Origin: Chara braunii
Lineage: Eukaryota; Plantae; Charophyceae
Assembly: GCA_003427395.1 (NCBI GenBank)
Contig: BFEA01000013.1
Location: forward strand, 403,326-467,325
Length of the DNA: 64,000 nt
Direction of reading: 5' to 3'
Part shown: positions 36,489 through 49,983 of the stretch, piece by piece
Numbering within the stretch: position 1 is the stretch's first letter
How the letters are laid out: each line of letters begins with the position of its first letter
Position numbers and translations under genes: made by a program
Notes under the pieces: model-generated
The model's input: the letters and a program-made list of their open reading frames with translations, nothing else
Told to the model about the DNA's origin: nothing
Databases searched by the model: none

Positions 36489-37600
36489 GTTTCATTCACT
36501 CTCCCTCAATCTTTTGCTCATCTTTTCACTTGGGTATAAATCGCAATTTTTCTTGTTCATTCTAGTATTGATGTCCTCATTTGCTCTTGTTTTCTCTATT
36601 TTCCTACATCAATATATTTCTCCACTTTGCATTTCGAGTTTCAATGCATGAGAGTGAGTTTCACTCACTCTCCCTCCATCTTTTGCTCATCTTTCCACTT
36701 GGGTGTAATTGCAACTCTATTTCTTGTTCATTATAGCGCGATGTGATCATGCGCTCTTGTTTTGACAGTTTTTTCACTTCAATGTATTTCGCCACTTTGC
36801 ATTTTGAATTTTCATGCATGAGAGTGAGTTTCACGCACTCTCCCTCCATCTTTTGCTCATCTTTCCACTTAGGTGTAAATTGCAACTCTATTTTTTGTCC
36901 ATTCTAGTGTTGATGTCACTATTTGCTCTTGTTTTGTATATCTTCCCACTTCAATGTATTTCTCCATTTTGCATTTTGAGTTTCCATGCATGAGAGTGAG
37001 TTTCACTTACTCTTTCTCCATCTTTTGCTCATATTTCCGTTTGGGTGTAAATAGCAACTCTATTTCTTATTCATTCTAGTGTCGATGTTATCATTTAATC
37101 ATGGTTTGTCCATTTTCCCACTACAATGTATTCGCGACTTTGCATTCTGGGTTTCCATGCACGGGATTGAGCTTCACTAACTCCCCCTTTCACTTTTTGT
37201 CCATCTTTTCACTTAGGTGTAAATCACAACTCTATCTCTTGCTCATTCTAGTGTTGATGTCATCATTTGCTCATGCTTTGTCCATTTTCCCACTTCAATG
37301 TATTCGTCACTTTGAATTTTGAGTTTCGATGCATGGAAGTGAGTTTCACTAACTCTCCCTCCACTTTTTGTCAATCTTCCCACTTGGAAGTAGATCGAAA
37401 CTCATATTCTTGTTTAATTTGGTATTGTGGGTTTCATGCATTCTTGCTTTGTCTATTTCCTCAATCCATAGTAAATCGTCACTTTGAATTTTGTTTTTCC
37501 TAGGCTAAGATTGGGTTTCACTCATTCTGCCTCTAGTTGTTGTCAATCTTTTCACTTGAGTGTAAAGCGTAACTTCAATCTTTGTCTATTTTGTTGATAT
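36489..37600. repeat. Tandem satellite, ~170-bp unit, ~6.5 copies
   Basis: Recurrent AGTTTCACTCACTCTCCCTCCATCTTTTGCTCATCTTTCCACTTGGGTGTAA at ~170-bp spacing. Confidence 0.9.
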
Positions 37601-38287
37601 GGTGATAAATACATAGCAAACCCTGAGTATTTGTGGCAGCTCACGCCCATGTGTTCTATTTGAATGGCACTTTAACCCGCTCGTGCTTTATTTGAACAAC
37701 ACTTCCCTCCCCCCCGATGCTTTACTTGAACGCGTTAGGGAGTGGAAGTGGATAGAAGACTGTATTTGCTTCTGTTACTGCTGTTATTGCTGCTGATAAT
37801 GAGACTGGTGCTTTTGCTGCTGATGTCTGGCCAAACTCTTGACTGCTGCTGCTCAGAAACCGCTGACTAAGCCTTAGGAAAGACTGGGCCGACATAACCG
37901 ACGGACGGGTACGGCTCGGGCTGTCGAAAACCAACTCCTTCAAACAAAGGATATGGGGGCTGAGACTGAACAAGCCACTTATCCTAGACACATACAGATG
38001 GCCTACAAAGCCACCAGATATACATAACTGAACTTCTCGAAACTGCTCGCTTGGAGTCCTGGGTGGTGCTCGAAACAGGCAGGTAGGGGCAAACGACAAC
38101 GGAATCATGACCAATTTTAGGAGGGTCGTAAATAGGGTGTGGACAAAGGGCCCAAAAAGTTTCGTGGCCATCAAACGTCGTTTAGGCCACCAAACGCAAA
38201 TCTGAGTTTTTCGGCTTTCCCAGCCATAGTAAAATTGGCCAAAACGGAAAGTCGCAAATCAGGGTTTTTCGCAGTCTGAGTTTTTTT

Positions 38288-38741
38288 AGAGAAGGTTAAC
38301 AACAGTCGTATTTTTCATCACCACTTTAGGTTGCAGCCTGCTTAAACAAGCGGTTTTCAGGGTCTTTGGACCTTTCACCACTTTAGGACCATTCAGGTAT
38401 GAAAATCCTAAATGGTCCTGAAGTGGTGAAAGCTCCGAAGACCCGGAAAACCACCCGTTTAGGCAGGCTGCATCCTCAACTTCAAGTAGTGAAGGGTGGT
38501 TTTCATGGTCTTCGGACCTTTCACCACTTCATGACCATTCAGGATTTTCAGCCTGCCCAAAACTCTCACTTGACCACTTCAGGACACCCTTCACCAGTTC
38601 AGGATGCAGCCTGCCTAAACAACTGGTTTTCAGGGTCTTCGGACTTTTCACCACTTCAGGACCTTTCAGGATTTTCAGATTGCCCAAAACCCTCACTTCA
38701 GAATTTTCATTCCTGAATTTTTAGCTACCCGATAACCGCTT
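38288..38741. repeat. ~455-bp direct repeat, copy 1, built from ~55-bp subunits in both orientations
   Basis: AGAGAAGGTTAACAACAGT...AGCTACCCGATAACCGCTT, matching 41554-42014. Confidence 0.88.
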
Positions 38742-38913
38742 GTGAGTTTTTCTTGCAAGTCTGAGTTCTGTGAAGTCTGAGTTTTTTTTGCAAGTCAGAG
38801 TTTTGTGAAGTCTGAGTTTTTCTTGCAAGTCAGAGTTCTGTGAAGTTTAAGTTTTTCTGATGCTTCGGACATTGAGACAACGCAAGTAGAGGGAGACCGG
38901 AAGCTTACGAACC

Positions 38914-40892
38914 ACCATAGTCAAACATGTTCACACCTTCTTCCACCTTCACCTCCTTCACCCATCCACCATAGCCAAGTATCTTCATCTCTTCTTCCAC
39001 CACCACCCTCCTTCACTCATTCGCCATAGCTAAGTACTTTCACGCCTTCTTCCTCCTCCACCTCCTTCACCCATCCGCCATACCCAGGTACATTCACACC
39101 TTCTTCCACCTCCGCCTCCTTCACTCATCCACCATAGCCAAGCACCTTAACACCTATTTCCACTGGCACTTCCACCTCCTTCATGCATCCACCATAGCCA
39201 AGTACTGTCACACCTTCTTCCACCTCCACCTCCTTCGCCTATCTACCATAGCCAAGTACCCTCACACACCCATCCATCCTCGTCAAGTACCTTTACACCT
39301 TCTTCCACCTCCACCTCTTTCAACCATCCACCATAGCCAAATACCTTCCCACCTTCTTCCACCTGCACCTCCATCCATTCTCCATAGCCAAGTACCTTCA
39401 CACCTTCTTCCACCTCCACCTCTTTCAGCCATCCACAATAGCCAAGTACCTTCATACCTTCTTCCGCCGCCACCTTCTTGATCCATCCACCATAGCCAAG
39501 TAGCTTCAAACCGTCTTTCACCTGCACCTCCTTCACCTATTCATCATAGCCAAGTGGTTTCACACCTTTTTCCACCTCCACCTCCTTCACCCATCCACCA
39601 CAACCAATTAGCTTCACACCTTTTTCCACCTTCACCTTTTCCACCCATCCACCATAGCCAAGTACGTTCATACCTTCTTCCTCTTCCACCTCCTTCACCC
39701 ATCCGCCATAGCCAAGCGCCTTCACACCTTCTTCCACCTCCACCTCCTTCACCCATCCACCAATACCTTCACACCTTTTCCCACCTCCACCTCCTTCACC
39801 CATCCGCCACATCCAAGTACCTTCACACCTTCTTCCACCTCCGCCTCCTTCATCCATCCGCCAAAGCCAAGTACCTTTACACATTCTTCCACCTCCACCT
39901 CCTTCACCCATCCATCATAGATAAGTACCTTCACACCTTCTTCCCCTTCTCGCTCCTCCTTCCATCCGCCATAGCCAAGTACCTTCACACGTTCTTCCAC
40001 CTCCACCTCCTTCACCCATCCACCATAGTTAAGTACCTTTACAACTTCTTCTCCTTCCTGCTCCTCCTTCCATCCGCCATAGCCAAGTACCTTCACACCT
40101 TATTGCACCTCCGCCTCCTTCCCCCATCCGCCATAGCCAAGCACCTTCACACCTTCCACCTCCACCTCCACCTCCTTCACCCATCCGCCATATCCAAACA
40201 CCTTTACACCGTCTTCCACCTCCACCCCCTTCACCCATTTGCCATAATCAATTACCTTCACACCTTCTTCCACCTCCACCTCCTTCACCCATCCACCATA
40301 GCCAAGTACCCTCACACCTTCTTCCACCTCCACGTCCTTCACCCATCCGCCATAACCAAGTACCTTTTCACCTTCGTCCACCTCCACCTCCTTCACCTAT
40401 CCGCCATAGCGAAGTACCTTCACACCTTTTTCCACCTCGACCTCCTTCACCCATCCACTATAGCCAAATACCTTCACACCTTCTTCCACCTCCATCTTCT
40501 TCACCCATCCACCATAGCTAAGAATCTTCACACCTTCTTCCACCTCCACCTCCTTCGCTCATCCAGCATAGCCTAGTACCTTCCTACCTTCTTCCGCCTC
40601 GGCCTTCTTCACCCATCCACTATAACCAAGTAACTTCACACCTTCGACCTCCAGCTCCTGTGAGTCACCATAGTGAAGTAGCTTCACACCTTCTTTCACC
40701 TTCACCTCCTCCACCCATCCACCATAGCCAAGTACCCTTCTTCCACCTCCACCTCCTTCATCCATCCGCCAAAGCCAAGTACCTTCACACCTTCTTCCAC
40801 CTCCATCTCCTTCACCCATCCACCATAGCCAAGTACCTTCACACCGTCTTCTACCTCCACCTCCTTCACCCACCCGCCATACCCAAGTACCT
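38914..40892. repeat. 54-bp minisatellite, ~36 copies (C-rich on plus)
   Basis: Unit CCATAGCCAAGTACCTTCACACCTTCTTCCACCTCCACCTCCTTCACCCATCCA. Confidence 0.93.
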
Positions 40893-40982
40893 AACCTAAG
40901 CTACCCACAACTTGTCCTACCGTCCTACCTACTACTCCTCTAACGATATACTTCCTTATATGCCTTAGACCGTGGTATTGGA

Positions 40983-41553
40983 TTGGAGAAGGAGGCGAAG
41001 GTGGTAGAAGGTGTGAAGGTGTTTGACTATGGTGAATTGGTGAGGAAAGGGAAGGTGGAAGAAGGTACGAAGGTACGTGGCTATGGTGGATGGGTGAAAG
41101 AGGTGGAGGTGGAAGAAGGCGTGAAGGTGGTTAGCTATGGTGCATGGGTGAAGGAGGTGGAGGTGGAAAAAGGTGCGAAGGTACTTGTCTACGGTGGATG
41201 GGTGAAGGAGGTGGAGGTGGAAAAAGGTGTGAAGGTGCTTGGCTATGGTGGATGGGGGAAGGAGGTGGAGGTGTAAGAAGGTGTGAAGCTACTTGAGTAT
41301 GGTGGATAGGTGGAGGAGGTAGATGTGGAAGAAGGTGTGACCGTACTTGGTTATGGTGGATGGGTGAAGGAGGTGGAGGTGGAAGAAGGTGTGAAGGTGC
41401 TTGGCTATAGCTGATGGGTGAATGAGGCGGAGATGGAATAACGTTTGAAGACACTTGGCTATGGCGGGTGGATGAAGGACATGGAAGGGGAAGAAGATGT
41501 GAAGGACCGTAGTTGTAGTGGATGGATGAAGAAGGTGGAGGTGAAAAAAGATG
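40983..41553. repeat. Same 54-bp minisatellite in inverted orientation, ~10 copies
   Basis: GGTGGATGGGTGAAGGAGGTGGAGGTGGAAGAAGGTGTGAAGGT.CTTGGCTAT is the reverse complement of the unit. Confidence 0.92.
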
Positions 41554-42014
41554 AGAGAAGGTTAACAACAGTTGTATTTTTCATCACCACTTCAGGACAC
41601 CCTTCACCACTTCAGCCTGCCAAAAAAGGTGGTTTTCAGGGTCTTCGGACCTTTCACCACTTCAGGACCATTCAGGTCTGAAAATCCTGAATGGTCGTGA
41701 AGTGGTGAAAGCTCCAAAGACCCTGAAAACCACATGTTTAGGCAGGCTGCATCCTCAAGTGGTGAAGGGTGGTTTTCATCGTCTTCAGACCTTTCATCAC
41801 TTCAGGACCATTCAGGATTTTCAGATTGCCAAAAACTCTCACTTGACCACTTCAGGACACCCTTCACCACGCTAGGATACAGCCTGCCTAAACTGGTGAT
41901 TTTCAGGGTCTTCGGACCTTTCACCACTTCATGACCATTCAGGATTTTCAGACTGCCAAAAACTCTCACTTCAGAATTTTCGTTCCTGAATTTTCAGCTA
42001 CCCGATAACCGCTT
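41554..42014. repeat. ~460-bp direct repeat, copy 2
   Basis: Colinear with 38288-38741. Confidence 0.88.
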
Positions 42015-43499
42015 ATGAAGAAGATGTGGTTTATGTACATGGGTCTTCCATATTCAAAGGTCTTGTGATCCGTTGCATCCCCGTTGAGTCCCTTCTCAAT
42101 TTCAAGGCCAGAAGCCTCGAAATTGAAACCCTCTTTTTTTTTTTTTCTGGTCCTTTGTATTTTGGTTCCCAAGGCCACTTATTTTTCAGGTCGCCCGTGG
42201 CTTGGCAATGGTTTGGGTGACACCTACCAGTCTTCTCTTTGCATTCCCCTTGCTTTTTCCATGGTCCATGGACTTTCGTTTCACCAAATTCAAGTCGGCC
42301 CCTCGGCCACATGTATCAATCTCTTGGGTCGGTGCCACTATATTATTTTTCTTGACGTCGTGACCCCCTTTTTCCTGCGGTACTCAGCCTCTGGGTTATT
42401 ATTTTTCTGACGGTCCTTCTTCTTCAAAAAGGAGGAACACCTTTAGTTATTTTTCGTGGTTTTTAACCGACCTCGATCACACAGTCTATTTCTGTTCCGA
42501 AGAAACTTTGATGATCTCGAACCTCCTCCTGGGTCCTTATCGTCGGTGATCTTACCTTAGTTCCTTATTCTTTTTTTTTTCTCTCGCCCTCTCATTTCGG
42601 ATTCCTATGTCGTGCACATCTTAGCCATATATCATGTTTCAAGTGTTGAGACTTGATTCGGGACCTACAGGTACCGACACATTCCTCCCACTCATTCACG
42701 ATGTCCTTATCTCGCACCAGTCCGTAGTTAATAGTGGAAAGCGTTGATTAGTGGGGTAGACAAGGGGGCAAGAGATGTGATAGGTAGTTAGTTTTCTAAG
42801 GTCTTTCTTGATATTTTTTCATATCTTTTCGTTGTTATTAAAATAATCAGTTTTTTTGTCCGTGCAGTCAATTTTTTTTTCCCCAAGCTTGACCACCTTC
42901 AATGCATCAAATAATCTGTTTTTCGGTCGGTGCAATTCATGTTTTTTTCTCAAGCCTTTGACCCCCTCAGTACATCAAATAATCTGTTTTTTTTGCCCAT
43001 ACAATCCATGCTTCTTTCCCAAGTCTTGGTCACCATCAATGCAGTCCATATTTCTTTCTCGAGGTTGGTCACTTTAATACATCATCTAATCTGTTCTTCG
43101 GCCCGTGCAATCTATGTTTCCTTCCCGAGGTTGGTCATCCTCGATACAGCAGATAATCTGTTTTTCGACCCGGGCAATCCATGTTCCCTTCCCGAGTCTT
43201 GTTACGCTTTCCTATTGTTTTGTCGTAGTTCGGCCCTTCGAGCCCCCTCGTGATCGTTTTTCTTCAGTCTTATGCTTTTCGATAGACCAGTTGTTTTTTT
43301 GGTTCTGGTTTGTTTCCTTCTTAGGTTCATGCTCAATCCGTCCTCGTGTTTTTCTGATTCGTTCTCATGGATTCCTTTCACCCTTTTTGTTGGGTTCTTC
43401 ATACTGAGTCTCGTGCAATTCCCTTGACCTCTTGTCAGGCTTTCCGAGTTCATTCCCAGAGATCCTCTCATACAGGTTTTATGGTCATTTTGCTACGTC

Positions 43500-44158
43500 T
43501 CTCAGGCTCATACTTAGGCTATTTCTCATGCAATCGCTTAAGCTGCATTGCCAAGTTTCTTCAAGCCCGATTCAGATAATCTCTCATAGAATATATCTGG
43601 ACATTTTGTCAGGTTTTTCAAGCCCAAACTCAAACAATCTCTCCATACAATTCCTCTTGTCATACTGTCAGGCCTACTCAAACCTTAACTTAGACAATCT
43701 CTCATACAATTCCTTAGGATATTTTGCCAGACTTTTCTCAAGCCCAAGCTTGGCTAATTTTTTATACAATTCCTCTGAACATTTTGCCAGGTTTTTCTCA
43801 AGCCCAAGCTTAGACAATTTCACATACAATTCCTTTGGACATTTTGCCAGACTTTTCTCAAGCCCAAACTCACACAATTTCTCATACAATTCCTCTGGAC
43901 ATTTTGCTAGACTTTTCTTGAGCCCACACTCACACAATTTCTCATACAATTACTCTGGACATTTTGCTAGACTTTTCTTGAGCCCAAACTCACACAGTTT
44001 CTCATACAATAACTGTGGACATTTTGCCAGACTTTTCTAAAACCCAAGCTCGTACAATTTCTCATACAATTCCTCTGGACATTTTCTCAAATTTTTCTCA
44101 AGTTAAAGCTCAAATAGTTTCTCATACAATTCCGTTGGACATTTTGCCGAACTTTTTT
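43500..44158. repeat. 60-bp minisatellite, ~10-11 copies
   Basis: Unit CTCATACAATTCCTCTGGACATTTTGCCAGACTTTTCTCAAGCCCAAACTCACACAATTT. Confidence 0.9.
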
Positions 44159-44560
44159 CATCTTCATAGATTTTTTTTCATTTACCTTTTGTTCTCTTTC
44201 ACACGTTGTTCTCATTAGGTAGATGGCACGCCTTCCCCTCACTCAAATGCGATGGCCCGATCGCACAATTGGTTCTCACTCGAAGGTACGCAAACTTTGT
44301 CTGCCGACCGAGTGAAGGATGTCAGCCCATCAACCCTAAAAGGAAAATGTGATCATTCCTTCCCTGCTGATAACTAACCCCATCCTTTCTACTTAGTCCG
44401 ATTGCGGCTTATCTGGAGATGGGCGTCATTATTGAGGTACCACCTCGCATCTGGCAGGTAGGTCATGTTCGTGCCTCCCAAGCACCCGTCTTACCGATAA
44501 TGCCCCCCTTGTGAATCGTTCCTCCCGAGTGGTGTTTTATTGGATCCGGCGTCTACCTTT

Positions 44561-45713
44561 CAAGAGATTAAAGATAGCGCCAAAGGAATGCTTAAGGGAT
44601 CAAACAACTTTGAACAGACGTACTCAGCATAGACCATGACATGCGACAAAACCGATTATCCAGCCCTTCATATGAAAGGTATACAACTCAGCGCAGAAAG
44701 AACCATTGCCACACGCGTCGCTCCGACGCGTTTCGTCGCCTGCGTGCAAAATACGAACTCTTCAGGGGGCTCCTCCTCCTCATCCCATACCGATCTCGTC
44801 GCCACGAAGTGTGGTTGGTGTCGGCCTCACCTCCTCTTAAATACCCTGTATCCTCTCAGCGCATTTGCTTCTCCCTCAATCTCCTAAGTGTTGTTCGTCC
44901 GTAACACGGCTACTTGTTTTATCTCTGCTCCTAGTCGTATCATCAAAAACTTCCCGCCTTTTTCTAAACTTAGGACTGTCCAAAAAAACTCTGTGTTACC
45001 CAACCTCTCCGACTTCGTATCTAGTTTCTCGTTGATACTCATCTATTCTAATCTTAGCACTAACTCTCTTACTTGCTAAATTCCTAAATTCCTGCATCCG
45101 ACCAACGTCCCGGAAGGTTCGCTGTATTCGGGTAAAATTGAACGTTGGTATCTTCCGCTGCTAACGAATCTTCGTGGTATTGCGGGCCCAGATACTTTGC
45201 AAACAATGTGTTTTCTGCCTCACACCCTCGTATCGGTCCTCATTCATTGCGAAGGCATCCATCATACCAGGAAAATACGCTACATACATTTGTTAATCCG
45301 ACACGTTACCCGTCTTTGCTCCTCCCAGCGTCCGTCTAGGACTGAGGAAAACCAAAAAAACTTTCCAGAAAAATACATTACATACATCTGTTAATCTGAA
45401 ACGTTACCCGTCTCTGCTCCTCCCAACGACCTTCTAGGACTGAGGAAAAACAGAAAATTTCAAAAAAAAAACTTCAAACAATCGTCCACCATCTCACTCC
45501 GTAGGGTCACGGACAAACCAAAATACTTAAACCTCAGGAAAAAAAAAAACCAAAAAGGTTTTTTCCGAGCAGGAAAATATCATAAGGAAACGAAATAGAA
45601 ATACATGCATTGCTCGGCTTTTAGCCTTCAAAAGTACTTAGTACAACCGGGGTACGCCTGTGAGAGAATATCTCTCTAGGGACCTTCGGATACTCTAGCG
45701 AACTTAGCTAGAG
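44561..45713 (-). repeat. 3' pseudo-LTR
   Basis: Direct repeat of 49984-51022 with ~110 bp extra (~45182-45292) and a ~100-bp internal tandem subrepeat. Confidence 0.92.
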
Positions 45714-48306
45714 ACCTCCGAGGGGTAGCGTCGGAGGCGAGACTTGAACATTGTTGCCGTAATCGCTGCCAGTGCTGCGTCATGTGAGCTCGATAGCCTG
45801 GACATCCTTAGGAAGCTTGCGAAGAGAGTCGCCTTCTTAGTGGATTTCTCCGAAAAAGACGCATAGTCTTGCATAGACTGGATCCTAGTCTTTCCTTCTC
45901 TCAGTAGATGAATTTGGTTTCTCGATCTTGGAAAGATATGTACTGTCACCGGATCCGTGGATACAATGATCCGTGTCCCCAGAAAATCGAAGGAATTATT
46001 TCCTTCGTCTTTCCATACCAGTGTCAAATTGTGATCGTAACACCCCTCGAAGACTGACATGATCTGTGTTGCCTTCTCGTATAACCTTGCTTGCTGCATG
46101 TTGCACGCATCGAATACTGCGATGTCATCCATCATTCTGATTCCCTTCACTAACGTCGCGTCTCTCCCCAGGTTCGTCAGGAAATCACTCTCGTCCTTAG
46201 GACACACCAGGCACGCAAGTGCCGGGCTGGAGCTTCGTCGCATAGGAATTTTGAATTGCTGTTTCAGAATCTCCCCCGCACATCTCACATATGTGTTGTC
46301 GAGCTCATACTCCACGCTCAGTTCAATCACCCTGAATGACGTGAAAACGAATCCATCCTGCTTTCTTCTGACCCTTGTCATAGCACATATCTTCCCCCTC
46401 TTGCTCACTTGGACCCCTACAAGCCCTCTGTCTTCATGGTATCAGACCAGCCATCTGACCAATTCTATTACCGCATGATGCGACAATCTAGCGAACATGT
46501 CTTTTATATCGTAGCTCCAAGCGATCGCATCCATCCCTCTCCTCCTGAATTGTTCCTGTATCTGTTCGCACTTGCTTCGCAAAGAATCTGTAGCTTTGAG
46601 ATCAAAATGGTAATTCCCTGTGAAGCCGAGCAACATGTATCTGATCGCCCGTCCCAACCTTGCTCCTGCTAGCCTTGCTGGGTCATGGACAGCTGGAGAT
46701 ATAGGTCTCCATCTGTCCAAATCCTTGTCTTTAGGCAAGACATAGGCTTGCCCAATTCTTCCGCCTATCCCCCACATCGCAGTACTCCCCAGTTCCCTTC
46801 TTTTGTACTCGTCCTTCATCTTCGACAGAATCTGCATCTCTGTCTCAGGTACCGGTATGAAACTGTGATCCAGTTGAATGTCATCTTGCACGCGTGCGAA
46901 TACAGCACCGGGCAGATGACCAGGGTCGCCCCGGGGTTGCGATCTAACGGCGCCCTCGCCAACTTCTCCAAAGTGTCAACCCAACTGGAAACTTATCGGC
47001 AGGTCATCGCCTGACTGGCCATGAATCCCCGGTTCGTCAGACACTTAAGTCCATCCTCTCTACTTATCTTTAGATTAGTCGTACCTGTCCATGCTTTCAG
47101 AGCACAGCCCAGGTACTGCTCCAAGTAATCTACGGACACATCATATTCAGATGTGACGTTTCTCGAGTTTTTCATAAACATCGGAATGCCAGGAATTTCT
47201 TCCAGTCTCGCTTTGACGTGGCCCCCCGTCCTGGGTAGATCGTACATTGCGCATGTGCAGTAACACGAGCTAGCCTCTGCACATCTCCAATGGTTATGCA
47301 TAAGTGAGGCGACCGATCTCCTTTTCGTAAACACTGCTTGTATCTTCTGTGCAATGAAAGCCGCTACGTATATGTCGCCTATTGCCCCGCGTATAATCGA
47401 GGATGCCAAATTTCGAACTTCGCGACTACTCACATTCACGGTGAAAGGTATCTTTACGTACGGCTTTCTTCGTACATCAATTCCGTAGCGAGTTGTAATA
47501 ACCTTTGCTATCATATTCTTTAGAGCATTTCGAGTCTTCATCTGTCTGAACAAGCCTGCTGTTCTATACAGTGCCAACAGCTCAGCGGAGTTATTTCTGT
47601 ATATCCCTCGGATCCTGTATGGCAGCTGCAAGAGATCCTGTAACACGTACTTCCGGTGTTGGACACTAGAAAACAGCACCCGCACACGATCCACTCGGAA
47701 CACCCCACCTTTTTCAAGCTCTTGCTTTGCATCTCTGATCTTCTTTCTTACACCACTCTTCAATATCACGCTTTCTCCCACCTTCATTTTCACTACTTTC
47801 CACTTATCAGCCCATATCGTCCCACCGTTCGATTCGAGTGTCTGAGCCGGACCTAGAATTTTCAAGGTGTCAATAATTGAGACACTACCGTTAAATGTGA
47901 TCATCTCGTCTTGGTGTGCATATCTACCCCTCGTTCCCCTTTCCCTCCTTCCTTTCCTTTTTCTTCTCTTCCTGGCTTCCCCTCTCCTTTGCGTATTCAG
48001 CGTCGGACTGCACTTTCGTATCAAAATCCTTTCCAACCCGAGCGAGTCTACGACACTTACTCCTACTGGGATAGCTAGATACTTCTCCCATCCAAATACC
48101 CTCATCCACGTATATAGTTTTGGCGCATGGTCTAGTTTTCCTTCGGTGACTCTCCTGACATGCTCTACCCATCTATAGCTGATCCCCCGCGATGTGCATC
48201 CCATGTACGCATGACGACACCATGGACTCACCAATACGTACACGCCAGGGTCATATAGGGACAGATTCCCCCCATCAGATTCCACCATAGCGAACCATTT
48301 CTTCAC
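45704..48306 (-). pseudogene. GIY-YIG endonuclease-reverse transcriptase ORF (frameshifts near 46890-46995, one TGA)
   Basis: GVYVLVSPWCRHAYMGCT..RWVEH..LERILIR..LN; CYCTC..GGHV; PLDRNPG; LPKDKD..WRPI; YDIKDMF; RMMDDI; FDFLG. Confidence 0.9.
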
Positions 48307-48460
48307 CTACGGAAAGGAACCGTTAATCACAACCAGTAAGAATATGCGGAGGATAACATTCTCTAATCCAATATCCAGTGATCAATGCTGCAAATTGTAC
48401 CTCTCTCCCCTTCGTCTCATTAACTCTTTGAGAACGCGTGAATAATTCATACTTACTTAC
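48307..48460 (-). other. Putative spliceosomal intron (154 nt) between ORF1 and the GIY-YIG-RT ORF
   Basis: Donor AAG|GTAAGT, branch-like ATTAAC, pyrimidine tract and acceptor TTCCTTTCCGTAG|G. Confidence 0.65.
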
Positions 48461-48461
48461 C

Positions 48462-49346
48462 TTATCTATCCGCTAATGGAGACAAATGATACGGAGTTCC
48501 CTCAAATCCCAACTTCATCCGGCACCTCACGAGAACGCCAATAGCCGTTTCACGTTTAGTCCACACTATTCCTTCGGAGCTGCACAAGTCCCTCAGTTCT
48601 GGGACCTTCTTGGTGGAAAATTTTCGATGCAGCTCTAGCGCGTAGTCGAGCATTTCACCCGTTCCACGATTCGTACTCGGTGGCGTCCGTAATTCTTCCA
48701 CGGGATCATCGACTATGATCGGAGTAGGTCTTGTCCCCCTTCTCTGCACCCTAGAGACTCTCATCTGGTGTTCCTCCTTTCGCTTCTTCCCTTTCCTCTT
48801 CTCGATCGCTTCTATAAGTCTCTCCGCTTCTTCTTTCACTTCCTCGCTCTCGTCTTCTGATTCCTCCAGGTAGCTAGTTATTTCCTTCAACATCCTTGCC
48901 TCGGTCGTCGGAGATTTCTTCTTGACAGTTGTGAAATTCGTATTCGTCGTCATCGTGTGTTGTGATAAAAGTCGTACCAGCCTGGCCTACAAACGAGCTT
49001 CCCTCGCTTCCGCCTCTCTAAAACGATCTGCCACCTTCCTCTCCTCTTCTTGCCTTCTCCTCCTTTCCTCCACTTCCTTCTCCCTCCTTTCTTCTTCCAG
49101 TTTCTGCTTGCGTACCTTCTTGCGGAAATATTCCATCATTTCCCTCGTTTCGTCATCGCCCTGGTTCTGCGTAGGAGCTTGGACTGTTGGAGGCTGCACT
49201 CTTCCGTTCCCCACACTCCAGCAGTTTCGGGCATAATGGCCAACTTTCCCGCATAAGTAACACGAAGCTGACCCAGGCTTACTTGCAAGTATACCAGTAC
49301 CGTATACCGGTGGAGGTACTCCCCCCATCGGTATCTGGTGAGCCAT
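48462..49346 (-). pseudogene. ORF1: CCHC zinc knuckle, coiled coil, SAP/HeH-like C-terminus (one in-frame TAG)
   Basis: Track ORFs 48987-49346 and 48462-48953 are in frame. CYLCGKVGHYARNC; E/R/K-rich helix; KKVPELRDLCSSEGI..KRETAIGVL. Confidence 0.75.
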
Positions 49347-49983
49347 CAGTCCAGATCGACTCCTCTCTCCTCCTTCTCCTCCTCCGATCCCTCACTATGC
49401 ACCCGATACTATATACCCTCCCTAAAACGTTCTCAAGTTCTGAATATAACTCCTCTTTAGTCGTTGTGTCCTGGAATTCTACTGCTACAAACACTAAGGG
49501 TGTTAATCGGTACAAGATAATTTTTTGAATCTCCAACCACTGCCTCTCTAGTTCTACGTCTCTGAAATTCCTACCCGACATTCCCCTTATCCCACTACGT
49601 TCTCAAGAGATAAACAGACGAGCTCTAAAGGACCAAGATTTCCTATCCTACCACGTCTTTACGACTTGGAAAATCGTATACCCACATACCATGGTCGTTA
49701 TAACCACGCCCAACTTCTTCAAGTTTGTCAACCACGTAGATCTCCTTCCGCTCATACTCAAGGAGAGACGATCACGCTCTCCTACTAGTATATCGTCCTA
49801 TCGTACTCCGAGGGTTCTTCACACATCAACTATTTTGCCAGCCTTAGATCGAAGTCGATCGACAACAACTCCTTCGCCTAGACCCCCAAACCGGAGGACG
49901 ACTGAAAGCTTGATGATGGCGCCACCGAAGGTGCCTTACGTAGCCACCGTCTCGAATGTCTACACATCCCGGTTACCACGCTA

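Noticed and set aside
39554-40576. 340-aa His/Leu-rich ORF and related repeat ORFs (also 43432-44040)
   Set aside because: These are by-products of 54-bp and 60-bp tandem units; there is no independent evidence of coding.
45338-45470. Hammerhead ribozyme in the pseudo-LTR (CTGAGGA...GAAA)
   Set aside because: The motif is antisense to the element and I cannot form stems I-III. No sense-strand core was found by eye; an Infernal search would settle it.
46442-46444. In-frame TGA in the PLE RT as selenocysteine
   Set aside because: The copy also has frameshifts and a TAG, no SECIS is evident, and ordinary decay is the simpler explanation.
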